The notes: a model not told the origin generated them from the letters alone. Shown: positions 35,419 through 49,239, numbered from the stretch's first letter. The stretch: 64,000 bases of DNA from Podarcis cretensis (GCA_951804945.1 OX638152.1:30566001-30630000), one strand, 5' to 3'. Made by a program: numbers and translations.

Positions 35419-38400
35419 TTTTATATGATCTTTGGGTAACTTACAACCATATGATCTTATTGAAAAGGATTTATTTCTTAATGTTTCTGGAAGCAAAAGC
35501 AAAATTGCATATTAGTCTGCATCTCTTTTCCCAGTGTAATTAACATGCAGTCTTTTCAAAATTACAAACTCTGATTTTAAGGACTAATTTCCCTTCTGCT
35601 TTTGAACACTGGCTGGGAAACTGGGGGTAGAAGATGGGGAGATCACTACTTTTTATCGTTCTGTTCAATGAAACTGAATGAAACATCTTCTGAAGAATCT
35701 GTAATTAGTGTTTTTATGATGTTCACTTCCTGATTCTTAAACATTATTAAGTGATGTTAGGGTGCTTCTGGGACAGATTACTGTTGTGATGAGAAGTTCC
35801 AGTGGCAGGGGCCACCTGGATTTGTCATCTTTTAAAGGAAAGAACACTGGAGATTTCTGGCAGTCTTGCAGCATTTGGTTTATTTCCAAATATACAAGTA
35901 GTGGAGATAAGCAATGTGTGCATGTGCACAAACCTCTGTTAATGTGGAGATCCAGTCAACACCAGCACATATTGTGCCAAATCCTAGTCAATGCACTAAC
36001 ATCCATTGGATTCCAATCAAGGTTTGAGTTTGCTCAGCAGCAACCTTGTGGAACAGGGAGTAAGGCTTGCACAATAAAAACATACAGAAAATTGTAACTG
36101 AAACAAATCACTTGGTTTACTAGTGTACAAAGCTTAATGGTATTATTAAATGTTAAGAAATGGAATTATGAAAGTCAATAGAACTTACGTAGAAAATAAA
36201 ACAGATTATACTGAATTTATAGGAAATAACCCAAGATAAGGTAGAATATTTCAAAACAAAGCAACTTATATATGATTGAATTTAAAGCAACTTAAAGCAA
36301 TTAGATATTATAGTATGTGCATATGTACTAATAAATAGCACTGACAAAGCAAAGAGTCACAGTAAATAAAATAATCTCCTAATTCCCTCCAGCCCATCAA
36401 ATTAACATATGATTCTAAGTTTTCTTGCACATCAATAAAATTCATAGTTACCAATTTAGGGCAGTAGGGTAGGCTCCGTAGTCCTCAGTTTGAGCAAAGT
36501 GTGTAAAACAATGCAGAAAGCAAGTAGCAGGAAAGAAGGGAGTGGGACTGTATAACCCCAAGAAGAACTAACAAAAAAGAAAAGAAAAAGAATTTGCCTT
36601 TTATATTGATTAGCAACTGGATTGGGGTGGGGGTAGCCTTTCCCATTAATTCCATTATCTGTATGGGCAGACCTTAGTTGTCATAGACTATGAATTACCA
36701 TAATATTTTCTGTGAAGGGGAAAAGTGAGTAACTGGGCCCCCAAAGCAGGGCACTTTGGCACACTCCAGCATTGGTTTTTCAAAACATGTCATGCTGTCA
36801 CCTTTATTCTGGATTTATTACTGTTTTTCTGTTACTCTAATCATGATGCCAAGATCTTCATTAGTCTGACCGCAACCAACAGTGTACAGATGTCCAAGCA
36901 GAGACACAGAGATGGCATAATGTCATCCATTTTGATCCTTCATGGCTGCTGTACTGTGTGGATATACTATCATAAATGGCTGGGCATGGTGAATTTGTAG
37001 GCCTGGCCTAGTATAGCCCAACTTAACAACAACAGCCCATTGGATCTGCTTTCTTCCATCAGCTCTCTGGGGAAGGACATCTTGCCCAACAAGATGCTTT
37101 CAGGCTTTAGTTTATGTCTCTTTGTATCTGCCTGTGTCTCCAAATTGCCCCTTTAGTTCCTTCACACGTACGCAGACACCTCACATCAGCTCCCTCTCCT
37201 TAGCTAGTGTATGTTCGTCTCTGTCCAAGGTCTGATAGATTCCCCCATGTGTGGCAGCAAAATCAACAGAGTCTTGTGTCAATATTGAAATGGCAATTTC
37301 AAAAACTAGCAGGGGGGCATTTCAGCCTCCCAGAACACTCTGCAAATGACCTTAAAGTTTCCATACTTATGGGGGGGGGGAGGCGCAGAGGAAATGTAAA
37401 AGGAGACTGTAACGCGAAACTGCTGAATTACACTCCATCAAAAGGCTTGGTGCTATCAAGTTTGGACTGAATTGGGGCAAAATGATTAAAAGCAAAATAA
37501 TAATAGCGCATGTGCTGATTTGGTTACCAAATCCAGGATGTCTGGGTTACCATCAACAACTGTTTTGTGGATTGTGTTCATTGGTTTGCTTTTTTGTTGT
37601 TGAAAGCTATGGGAATACGGGTGGCAGGATTCTGTTTCTGTAGTTTTCTTGTCTATTATGACCTCGACGTGGTCCAGAAATGAGATTGGTACAGGCGGGG
37701 GAGTTGGTTCCACATAATGGAGTTCACTTTGTTCCTGACCTCAGGGCAGATGGGTAGGGAGCTGAGCTGGGAATGGCTCATCATAAGACTGTCATCAGTC
37801 TGTTAAAGTCAATACCAATTACAAGGCTAATAATTAAAAGAAGGATGTGACTGCTGCATATAATGAATATAACCCTTTATTTTCCATTTAGTCACACTGC
37901 ACGTACCCGAACTTAACTGAGGTGGATCTCAAAGCATTGCCTGTTAAATACCAGCTTTGATGAATTAGTGCCAATGTTGTTATAAATTGCTACCCACATG
38001 TTATTCTCTTTAGAGCACATGTTCAGGTCCAGTTAACATAGACTAGTTATTGTCTTTTAACCATCCTGTTACTCTTATGAAAAGACGCACTCCACCACCA
38101 CCCCGACACACACGCTGCCACCTTTAGTTAAAGCTTATGGGTAAAGTGGAAATTATGTGAGCATCAAAGCAAGGTGTTTGTGGTATTTCTGCGCCAGTCA
38201 CTGTGGGAAGTGCAAGCATGTATGTTCCACCTGACATTAAGTACTTTCCTTCCAGAAATTCTAAACTATATTTTTAGTGGAGATTGGTGAATGCCTGCAC
38301 TATCTTCAGATTGACCTAGAAATGGGAAAGAAAGAAAAAGATCATGAAAAATGGGGGAAGAAAAGGGTTCTTTCCAAAAGTAATCTGAGGGTCTTGGAAG

Positions 38401-39600
38401 AAAAAGCACCCCTTTCTGCTAGGTCCTACCCTCTTATGGGCAAACAGGGACGATGTGGTGAGGAGGGAGGTTTTCTCATTTCTCAGATTTCAGATCCATG
38501 AGATGCTGGAAGCAGCAAACCAGGTTGTAAAGAACAATGGCCTTTGGGACTTGAGGGGTCTTTCTAAGGGCCTCTGCTTCCTTAATTTATGTGTGTGTAA
38601 TGACCCAATTATCTTGTTTTTATGTTTTATCTTGTTAACGTTAAGTAAAAATTATCTTTGCTTATGGGTAAGTAAAGTATAGGGAGGGTGCATTTGGGGG
38701 CAAGAGAGTGAGCTGATCGGGATGGCAGGGTGGGAACCAAGCTAGGGATCCTTCTCACATCAAATCCAAAGCATTCAGGATGATTGCTTCCTTTGAGGCA
38801 GGCTTGTAAGGAGCTCTGAAGCTCCTTTTCAAACCCTGCTCTGGTGAACTTTGCCGACCTCACAATTCCCTCCCCCCCCCCCGTTGCCTTGTTGCCGATA
38901 ATAGAATGCTAAACAGCCAATGAAATTTGGCTGCGTGCTAATGTCACAGATGGTAACCAGTGTCACAGAAGGCACACAGAGTTGATACGGAATGAGGACA
39001 GTGATGACGAGACTTGTAATATTGGTGATCCTAGCTCATCAAGGATCACGTAGTAAGCATAATGTTGTCACACTATTATGGGGCGGCTCAGATTTGGTTA
39101 TGTATTGATATCACCGGCAGCAATGAAATGAAGTTTCCTGAATAAGTGAACATTTCTGCCCACTACTGCAGCTATCCCACAGTCCCACCACTACCCAAAA
39201 AAATCCCTAAAAGTCAGGTGCCTTTCAACGCTGATGAAAATGGTGATGAAATTTGACTGTCCCTTTAAACTTACCCTATGCATGACCAGTATGCTGTAGC
39301 AGGTATAAATATACTATCTCTGGTACGATTGGAATATTGTGGTAAGAGTACAGCACTATACTTAAAATAGTTGTCACTGGTGTGGTTTAATTGCTTATGC
39401 CAACACCTATAATAAAAGTATCTGCAAATTCTATGCTTTGCTTTTCTGAAAGCATGCTTATGTAGCTGTAGTCAAAAGTATTTCACATGTAACATCTGGG
39501 TTATTGTGCACACTTGTGTGCTTACACTTGTATGTGGAATCATTGTGGGAAAGTTTGGGAATACTTGTGAAACCCTTAGTAAATCTTCTTGCTTTGTTTT

Positions 39601-39671
39601 GATTCCTGCATTGCAAGGGGTTGGGTTGGTGATCCTTGGGATCTGTTCCAACTCCAGTTCTATGATTCTAT
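39601..39671 (+). mobile_element. CR1 3' end
   Basis: gattcctgcattgcaaggggttgg...ttccaactccagttctatgattctat. Confidence 0.85.
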
Positions 39672-41369
39672 CTTGAAAGAGTTGCATGGATTTTTCTTTT
39701 TTATCTCTGGATTTCTGTACTGTTTCTAATGGAGCAAACTCTTCTCTCTTTGCCTTCCTCCCCTCCCTTTCCTGCATGGACACAGCCTCTATAGTAGGGA
39801 TTCAGGTGACCTTGAACTATCACATCAGTTTGGCAAAGGAAACAGTCAGTTTGCTGAGTTCTTTTTTTATTTAAAACAAGCCGCTTGGGTAGCACTAGGG
39901 GCATGAGTTCTTTTTAGAGATAGATGTACACTTGGTTCCATCACTGCTGGGCAGGACAGATGTGGCTCAGTGTGCACCAGTGATGCAGGGAATCTGTATT
40001 TGGCCACATTTTGGGTCTCTGAGCACCCATTGAGAGGAATGGATTTCCCAAATTGTTCCTTATAATGTTAAGAGAAACCATAGGTGGAGCAGAATCAAGC
40101 ACAGAATAGTTCCACCCCCAGTATATTTTTGGCAGTAAGACAGGTTTTATTTTTAAATGTTAGCAACACAACATAAGTACATAGTGTAACAGCATAGGAT
40201 TGATGCATTGAAGCCCTGATGAAGATGTTTGCCCTCTGCTGCATCTGCTGTTTTGTGTGTATGTCTTTTTTTCCATCCTATTTTTTGGTTATAATCGCTT
40301 CCAAGGTTACAGTGATATCATTTGTCAGACAATCCAACATAGTTTTTTCATACTATAGGATTACATAACAGAACACTAGCTTTACTACCATTTTAGGTTG
40401 TATTATGATTGTGGCTTATTTATATAGTGTCAGTGCTAGGGAAGAAGGGACTTCCCTCTAACTCACTTCACTGTTGTCATTTTGAAAAACTGTAATCAAA
40501 AATACACAGACCTCACCTATGGCTCACGACTCATGTAATCTGTGACATGCACTGACCATGAAAGAATGGAAAATTTAAGATATACCTGGGGATCTGCTGC
40601 CCCTGTGGATCCTGCCACCTGAGACAGTCACTTCACCTTGCCTCATGGGCAGGCTGGTCTTGGGAGTGGGGATAGAGAATGGCAAATTGTGAATAACATC
40701 ATGACACTGGTTAAGTGAGCCTACACTTTATGAAAGGGGTTAGATTTGCAGAAAGGGATTACATTTACAGGGACAGCCCTGTGCTTCCTGTAATATGTTC
40801 ACCTTAAGTGTCCTGATTTGTTCACTAGCTCCTGGCAAATAAAGAGCCCAAAAAGCAGTAGCCAGTACAATCTATACATGAATGGGGATTATTTTTTTAA
40901 CTGCTAGTAGCAATTACCTATTCAAAGGGAATACCCATAGGCTAGAGAAGAGTTGTTCAGCAGGAGGCACAAGTCGATATGTAATTGAACTAAGGAGATC
41001 AATATGCATTTCAATAGCTTGTGCTGCTACTACCACCCACTCATTACAAAGTGCTGCTCATTTACCTTAGAAAGATAAAAGGCTGAGTCAATACCATAGG
41101 GAATGTAGACAGGTTAGATCATTGAATCTATGCTTCTGGCAATAGGAACCCTTACACATTGATCTAAGAACTCTTTGCTATTAAAGCAGTTAAATGAAGT
41201 TTTTTTAAAAAAAACTGTTGTTTTTTTGGTGTGATAAATTGTATATTGAAATACATGCTAGGAAATTCCTGGTTGCGTTGCTCCACACTGATGCATCCTC
41301 TTTAATTTCCAAGTCGGATTTTGGCAAATTTCAAACACTCTTATCCAGAAGGGGGTGCAATTAGTGTGC

Positions 41370-42175
41370 TGGTCTAAACCAAGCATCATAATAATCCCAC
41401 TCTGGAATCCAACAGCAAAGTTGGACCCAGGAGACTACCAAACTGCGAACTAAATCTTTGAGGATATGTGTGACCCTATCTAGAACAGATAATTCACCAA
41501 CTTTCTGGCTTTTCTGACCATTCACTATTAGCAGCTCCATGCAATCTGGATTGCATTTCAGTTTGATTACCTTCATCAAGTCCTCTATTGACCTCTGAAA
41601 GGTTTTTAGGAATGTAACTGTTACACTGTGATATGAGAAAGACAAATCGTGAGTTCCTTCTCATCAGCATGCAGATGACATTTCACACCAAATAGCCTCT
41701 CCTAGCAGTTGGTTTAGATGTTAAATGGCATTCAGGATAAAATAGATCATTTTGGAAGATCACAAAGCAGTTACCACAGGTAAACAATATTCACTCAGCA
41801 CTACCACATGACGTACATGGATCCATGTCAAAGCAATGGATCTTTTGATGGAATCAACTACTGGATGAAATCAACTGTTGTTGAGCAGATGCGGATTTAG
41901 GGGAGCACTGGGCACAGAGCCAAGGGGGTGCCACAGGGGATGCTGCAACTAAGACTAACAATGGAAGGCAAGAGGCTTGGTGTGCGTGTGTGTGTGTGCG
42001 CCATATTTTGGCATTGCACAGAATGCCACTGAAATTTTAAAGCCCCAAGACCACCACTGTTCTGAGAACTCCAGCAAAATCAACAAGACTACACCCACCC
42101 GCCTTTCCTGATAAAGATTATCTACTAGGGTTATCAAATCAGCTTTGTTCCCAAATCCCAGATAAAAACAAAGCA
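41370..42175 (-). mobile_element. L2 RT fragments, degraded, with a hAT-like MITE at about 41885-42059
   Basis: Minus-strand ORFs KLKCNPDCMELL...VLDRVTHILKDLVRSL and GFGNKADLITLVDNL...VLLILLEFS. Confidence 0.7.
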
Positions 42176-42894
42176 TAGCACACCACAGTTACCTCATCAC
42201 GGAGGCCATCACAGAGGAAGCAAAACCACAGTGGTACTGTACAGCATTGGGGGCTGTAAGGATTATGTTGCTGTTACACACACCTCTGCTTATAGAAAGA
42301 AGAGAAGCCAATTTTATTAGTAGACACATTTACAGAAGACATTACAGAGGCTTAGAGGGTGGGAGATAACACCCAATTGCTGGGGTGGGGGGCCTCTAAA
42401 TGGACATAATGAATCCTTGAATGAGGTAAATTTGAGTAGTTTTATGCAAATAGTTATTGTATGCAAGTAGTTATACTGCTTTTATCTTAGCTTTTGTTTA
42501 TGGGGATTACTACTACTACTGCTGCTGGGGTACTGGCATTTGAATCCTATCGGTGACCTTGATATATTCTTTTTCAATGTATTCAACTATTGATATTTCA
42601 GTGTCCTATTGCCCTTCAAGCTCTGGATGAATATATCCCTTTACATGTAAACTGAGCACATTCAGGGGAAGAACTGCAGTGAAAGGCTAATTAATAACAG
42701 TTATGTGCAGTGCAATTGCTTCCCATCCTAGGAACTGGGAGAACTGCAGAACTGTGAATTAATTCAGTATTACATTGTCCCATGAGAGGATGCCAAATAT
42801 TATTATCCACATTAATATTATTTCTGTGTGAATGTTAGTATTTGTTATGCAGCACTGGGGCTCTTTCTGAATGCTGAGTAAGAGGTTAGATGAT

Positions 42895-44950
42895 AAGTCA
42901 AGTTCATTTATTTGTTAAAAACCGTAGGTCATCACAAGATACATACCACACATGCAGATACCTTTGAATTGTATAGATTGTACAGTACATAAATCTCCAC
43001 TGCAGTGAGTATATGCATGCCTTATAATTCTTAGCTGAAGCTTAAACACTGGGTTATTTCATAGCTCACCCCCAATTTTATGTAAGATAATCACCTTGAC
43101 AAGATTGCAGTAATTGATTGCTTTATGTTCTAGGCATATCATGCAAATAAAGCTGTCTGACAAGTGACATATTTGCTTTCCATTAGGAGATAGAGAACGT
43201 TTCCACCGTCAAATGTAGCAGTAGGCCTATTATGCAGTTCTAAAATACATTTTTTCCCCCAGGGACTTCATACAATTGGCAGTACAAAACATAATGGATA
43301 ATAAATTCCTCTTCCTCTTGACCAGAGATACACAAACATAAATTTACAAATGTATTGGAATACCTTCCATCAATATAGGCCCAGGGCATTATTTGAAGGT
43401 GAAGTCCAGTGAAGGCTTTTCTCAGGAGGAACAATATGTCAATCTGAAAAATAAATTTCAAAAATCTGGTGGTATGTTAGGTACAGTATTGGTACCACTG
43501 TAAAAACTGGGTTTTGTATTTAACTTTCAAATCTGCCTGGGCAGCTGTCACATATATCCTATTTTAGATCTTTCTCTTGAGAGCATCTGTATCAGCTGCC
43601 TCTGACAGATCTTGGGGCATGTCATAATAAGCCATTAAAGCTTTACACAGTTTACACAGGCTAACAGGTTATAGCTGCTCCGTCAGGTGTTTTAGGTAGT
43701 CTGTCACCTGACATTCATTTCCCATTACATTATCAAAGCTCTGTGCACCTAGGGTACACAAAGGAGGGAATTGCAAATTCTGCATGTAGGACAGCCTCCA
43801 GCAATGCCTACTATTTTTGAATAGTTTTAGGAGACATTTTACATCATCTGCTGGAATGACATAAGCATTGTATGGTTGAGAATATATTTTGCACTGGTCA
43901 AAGATCTAGGTCTCCTGAAAGATGCCAATTTGAAACAAAAGCTGGTAACCACTGAATTCCCATGCAGAATAAAACCCTTCTCATTTGTCCTAGATAGTCA
44001 GACTGTATCATTTAGGTTAATAGTATGGTCTGAGGAGCATTGTAGTAAAGAATGTTTTATCCTATTATATTTCCTTAATGGTTCGTGAATATATTTTTAG
44101 GGGTAGGGATACTATTTAGCAGCACTGTACTTCTTTGGTGTCTATTACAGTGGTACCTCAGGTTACATACGCTTCAGGTTACAGACTCCGCTAACCCATA
44201 AATAGTGCCTCAGGTTAAGAACTTTGCTTCAGGATGAGAACAGAAATTGTGCTCCGGCAGCGCGGCAGCAGCAGGAGGCCCCATTAGCTAAAGTGGTGCT
44301 TCAGGTTAAGAACAGTTTCAGGTTAAGTACGGACCTCCGGAACGAATTAAGTACTTAACCTGAGGTACCACTGTAGTAGGTTTCTATACAAATGCTTATG
44401 CTTTCCTTTTAATCGTAGTAAAAAAATCCCTGGGGGTGGTGGTAAAGGCACTTTTGTAACAGGTTTTGGAAACTGGATACAAAATTATTCTCCATTGTGA
44501 AAATTGTCCTTTTACTTCCAGATGGCAGATGGCACCATGAATCCTTGAGGTTCTTGATGATGGAAGGATTTTGATATTCTTGATTCTGCCTCTGTTGAAT
44601 TGCATATTTGTACAAACCACATATTTGTAATAACATCCAAGTGTATAAATTGACTGCTTTAGAATTCAGCTCCCCTTCTGTATATCTAATACAGAGGTGA
44701 GAAATCAAAGAGATGGCAGTAAATCTGCTTCCTTGCACTTGCTTCTGAATCTAATATCTTTTGCCTCCATTAGCATCAAATCTTTTCATCTTTTTGGCCA
44801 TTTTCCTATTTCTTGTAACAGGAATCTTTTGCATTAGATCTTCTGCAGTATGCTTAAACTGCATTCTGTTTCCCTTCCAAACCCCTTCCTGGGATCTATT
44901 ATTTTAAACAAAAACTTTAAACTGACTGCCTTTCTTAGTTATTGTCTCCT
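42895..44950 (-). mobile_element. RTE-X-like LINE, long degraded copy
   Basis: C-terminal domain LRKAFTGLHLQIMP..DGRY...LCLC...EEEFIIHYVLYCQLY; minus-strand 3' end aataaatgaacttgact. Upstream extent uncertain. Confidence 0.6.
44148..44373. mobile_element. Tc1/mariner (pogo/Tigger-type) MITE
   Basis: TIR CAGTGGTACCTCAGGTTA / TAACCTGAGGTACCACTG with TA TSD. Confidence 0.96.
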
Positions 44951-45833
44951 GCCCTCTGAGACCCTCCACTACAAGTGGGTAGAATTGTGGGGAGTTGGGT
45001 AGTGAGGGAGAGGGAGTGACCATATTGAATGTTGTTCAGAAGAGGCCTACCACCTGAACTCATCCATGGTGGCAGTGCTAATCATTGAGGGTAGGAGAAT
45101 GCTTGGATGTCATATATCAATCATTTTTTTTTATTGTCTATAGCCAGTGGCCATCAAAATACAATATAAGCACAAATCACACAACTGCAGAACAAAAGAC
45201 ATTACATGCACCAGACCAAGACAAATCGACAGGGTCCGGAATTTAAATAAGCATTCCTTCTGGTCAGCATCCCTAGGGTTTGCCACTTGCACTATCCAAA
45301 AAGGTTGTCCTTATCTTTCTTGCCGCTAGTGCAAATAGTACCACCCTATAACATGCATTTATCAACATCTACCAACAGCCATTTAATTTTAAAAACATCT
45401 GGTTGACCTTGTAAGGCAGTCTGAAAAGGGGAGATAAATTTGGCTCTGGGTGAATCATACAATGGGCAATATAGAATATAATGTACAAGATCCTCAAGGC
45501 GCTCTCTTGCAGGTCTGCTAGTATATCTCCCAGCAAACATCGTCTGGAATCTGAGCTGGGTAAAAGCATGTCCAACCGGGGAAAAATTAGTTCTCACAAG
45601 TACATATGCCTTTTGTGGTCTGTTTTAATTTTAATATACCAAATAACTGATTTACTAGGTTTTTTTGTATTCAATATCTCTTTGTGCATCTTTGCTAAAC
45701 ACAATATCTTGTGACTAGGAATGTTGAAATTGCAGTGTCCCAAGCACAGCGGAATGATGAGGAGTACGTGCCACATACTCTATATTACTTTATTTACACT
45801 TCAAAGCTGGTAGATTACAGAAAAACATCTTTG

Positions 45834-45847
45834 GTGCCATCTGGTGG
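45834..45847 (-). promoter_or_regulatory. CTCF consensus motif
   Basis: Reverse complement CCACCAGATGGCAC fits CCASYAGRKGGCRS exactly; motif match only. Confidence 0.45.
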
Positions 45848-46378
45848 TTCCACTGCACTCTGGGATGACGTCTGTGAAGACTCCCCCTTTCCCATGCAGC
45901 TATCACCCTGGCGGTCTGCTTCATTCTGAATCATGGCAGTATCACAGGCTACTCTGAGTTGAGCATGTGGCTGATTGGCATCAGATTCCCCATTTGCATC
46001 AGCCAGCCTTCTGCAGCTAGCCATCATGACTCTGGCATTAGCCTTCTGCATCATCTCTGCTGCATTAAAGCAAGCTGCTTTATACAAGCTGCGTCTCTGC
46101 TGCTTCAAGCCTCATTCCAAAGGCAAGTTCAAAAGTGCTTTCTCTCTGCTGCCTTAAATCAAGCTGCGTCACTGTTTTCTGCAGCTGCTTTATTCCAAAA
46201 GCACTTTTAAAAGTTACTTTCGATTTCCCCAGCATAGCCTTTGCCTGTGCCCGGCAAAATGGCCATAAAAGTTCAAAGTCCAGCCATAAAGCCATTAATT
46301 AGAAGCTGGCAGGCTGCCCGGAGCATGAGCAACATACCTCTCATCAATCATCCGTCCCTCTGCATTCCGATCCGACCT

Positions 46379-46392
46379 CTGGGCCCATAACC
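46379..46392 (-). promoter_or_regulatory. Copia-type primer binding site (tRNA-iMet half-molecule)
   Basis: Reverse complement reads GGTTATGGGCCCAG, 5 bp inside the LTR end. Confidence 0.88.
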
Positions 46393-48564
46393 AGGAATGT
46401 TGAAATTACAGTGTCCCAAGCACAGCGGAATGATGAGGAGTACGTGCCACATACTCTATATTACTTTATTTACACTTCAAAGCTGGTAGATTACAGACAG
46501 ACATCTTGCCTCTGCCGGAGCAGAGAAAGCATCCTCTCTCCTCTAAAGCACGAAGAGAACACTGTGAGAACAGTGAAAAACAGGAAACCAGTGTACGTCA
46601 CATCCAGTCTCCTTTCCCGTGGGAAAACCCAACAGCACAGACTGTGGAATGTAAACACCTGTCTCGTGACAAGCACTTCGCTGCACAGTGAAGAGAGCAG
46701 AAACCAACAAGAAGTTGGAGAGCTCAAATAACTCTGCATCAGATCTCTACCAGATTTTACCCAAGCAAAAAAATAAAATAAATAAAATAAATATTTTGGC
46801 TAAGTGTTGTTCTGGTTGCAATTATATTTTCCCCCAGATTTGTGTATACGGCCTTTTATAGAGGATAGACCTAGTTCAGTCCTTAGTAGTGCTCTGGGTG
46901 TACCATGTGTCACTGCCAATATCATTCACAAGAACCTATTTTGAATTATATCAAGTTCCTCCCTTCAGTGGTTACCCCAAATTAGTGCACCATATAAAAG
47001 GTGAGCCACAATCTTGACTACAAAAATCTTAAGTCTTCTATAGCTAGCAGTGTATGAGAGAAGAGGTGGTAGGAATAGTGGTGGTGGTGGTGGTTGCTGT
47101 CCTGTGGTTTTTTTTTCTGATCAGGTCCAACTTAGGTAGATGTGAGGAAGGAACAATGACCATGGTGTGATTACTTCTCTTCTGTTTTTGGGGGAGGGGG
47201 AGTTTATCAGTAGCAGAATGCATTTCCTAGGCACACTGCTTGGAGGAATAAATTAGATTTCTTGGATACCAACATATTGTAAAAGTGCAGAGATGTGTCC
47301 ACAAATATTGCAAAGAGCAATACTGAAGCATGGTTTTACTTACCTCTGCAGTGAGTGAACACCTTTCACTAGAGAAGTGATCTTGAGATGTTTGAAATGT
47401 CTCTATAGTGAATGAAGTTCTCTGGACTCAAGCCTGTCAGTTTCATTTTTGCTATTTAGCAGCAAGTCCAGAATAACCTGCAACATTGTACCTTGGAGAA
47501 TTGTGAGCAAAAGTCCAGTGATGAAATTGACAGGTTCCAGACAGAAAATTGTGAGAGGCTCCTTCACAGCAGAGGTAAAATGGAGAAGAGGATTGAAATC
47601 ATTTGTCAATATCTTGGGCAGTAGTCTACCCTAGTGCTGCTGCTTAAGATCTCTTAAAACAAAGCAAATCAGGAGAAGTTAAAAAGTGAACTTTGACCTT
47701 GTACATGCAAAGCCTATGCTGAACTACTGAGTTGTGACCTTCTTTCACTTTCCATGGGAGAAAGTGTTGTAATGAGAGATAATTCATTTGTTCCATGCTA
47801 GAAGTCTGCAGAGAGAATGTTCAAGCAGCTTCAATACAATTATACTAAACAAATTATTTCAGAATCATAGAGTATCAAAAGGCAAAGGACACACAGGAAG
47901 CAGTAGCTGCAGCCCTGATTAAGGGGTTAATGACATTGCATCATGTGCTTGGGAGTTCTTCTGCAATAATACTGACAAATGTTCATATCCTTGAGTAGGA
48001 AAGATTATACAAAGAAACAATATTTTTTCGTGGAAGGACTTTTTCCCCTTTCCAAGATCTCCGGCAAAGATATTTCTGCTTCTCTTCCTTGGGTAATTGA
48101 GTCCATAGATCCTCAGTTTTCTTCATGTGTTTTCTCCAGGAACAGTTTGGCGACTGGGACGTGGTAGCATCAAGAATAAATATCATTTTGAAAGAGTGTT
48201 CATTTCCCCTGAATTAATTCAGCCTGACATGGAGTGCAGGAACATGTGCCATCTGGTCAAATCTGCCTTGATTTTTTTGAGCAAAGGGGGGAGGGTAACT
48301 GATACTTTTATGAACCAGAGAAGCTGTGGAAATGCTAATCCCTAGGTACTGAAAACCCAAGATGCTAATCGGAAATTAAAATGGGTCTGTACTCACAGTC
48401 CAGTAAGGTAGCACAGGTCATAATGTTAATCCCTGAGGAAATGAACCATTTCCTTCCTCAAGAAGCCTTGGGCACAACAATCTAGAATTTGTTGTAATCA
48501 ACATTAGATTTCATTTTATGTTGATTTACTAGCTGGATTTCTTTTATTTTAGAACTAGCATATT

Positions 48565-48688
48565 CATAGACTTCCCCAACCTGCAGTTCTCCAGTTGTTT
48601 TGGGCTACAATGCCCACCATCTCCAGTCTGCATAGCCAGTGATCAGGGCTGATGGGAGATGCAAGGTCACCAGATTGAGAAAGCCTGT
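48565..48688. mobile_element. hAT-type palindromic MITE, degraded
   Basis: gacttccccaacctg...gctacaatgcccaccatc...gctgatgggagatgc...cagattgagaaagcctg. Confidence 0.65.
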
Positions 48689-49239
48689 CACAGAGCATAA
48701 TATTCCAGCTCCTCATCCTTCTGTCAAAAGTCATCTGGTTGGACACTGTGAGACTTGAAGGGTTCTCCTTATGTATAAGATGATTAAAACCCAAAGAAGT
48801 CCTGTCCTCCCCCCCACTCCCCAGTCACACACACTGCCTGCTCACAGTATAGAAGCCTGCATTCGTTATAATTCATTCATATTTACCCTACTTTTCTACA
48901 AAACATATCTAAGGCAGTCTGCAATAGTAAACACACAATAGTAATAAAGTCACACCACAGTTGAAATAGCAATGTAATATCCACAGATTAGAGCCAACAA
49001 CGCTAAGATAGACTGGAACAGTAATTAAAACAGTAGCAGCAGTAGTCTACAATGAGCTTTCCTGCACTAGTTCAAAACCTGTAAAACCTCCAGGGCATCT
49101 CCACGTATACTTGGACAATCCACCTTCCTGGCATGCACAGTAGGCTAACAAACTGAGCTACTTTGAATGAGTTACAGCACAGTTGGATTGTTTAGGATAC
49201 ACTCTCATTACATTTTGCATGCAGTGCATCTCTAAATAC

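Larger units (their letters stand above)
45722..46709 (-). mobile_element. Non-autonomous / internally deleted Ty1/copia LTR retrotransposon
   Basis: 312-bp LTR at 46398-46709 (TGTTG...CAACA) with minus-strand AATAAA. PBS GGTTATGGGCCCAG (rc of 46379-46392). Second partial LTR copy at 45722-45831 is near-identical. Confidence 0.88.
45115..46765 (-). mobile_element. RTE-X-like LINE 3' fragment interrupted by a copia element
   Basis: HAFTQLRFQTMFAGRYTSRPARERLEDLVHYILYCPLYDSPRAKF; minus-strand tail tggccactggctatagacaataaaaa...tgattga; appears to resume at about 46710-46765. Confidence 0.7.

Noticed and set aside
37486-37713. 75-aa minus-strand ORF (MEPTPPPVPISFLDHVEV...)
   Set aside because: No recognisable homology or convincing splice signals.
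45815-46295. Two minus-strand ORFs inside the copia element as gag
   Set aside because: No zinc knuckle or other gag motif; built on internal sub-repeats.
45717-46500. ~105-bp direct repeat as a CRISPR-like or tandem array
   Set aside because: Only two copies, explained as copia LTR segments; eukaryotic context with no cas genes.
45710-46741. Alternative LTR-element boundaries TG...CA with TATCT/GATCT as TSD
   Set aside because: The TGTTG...CAACA termini and the PBS position define the LTR better, and 46710-46765 reads as continuation of the host LINE.
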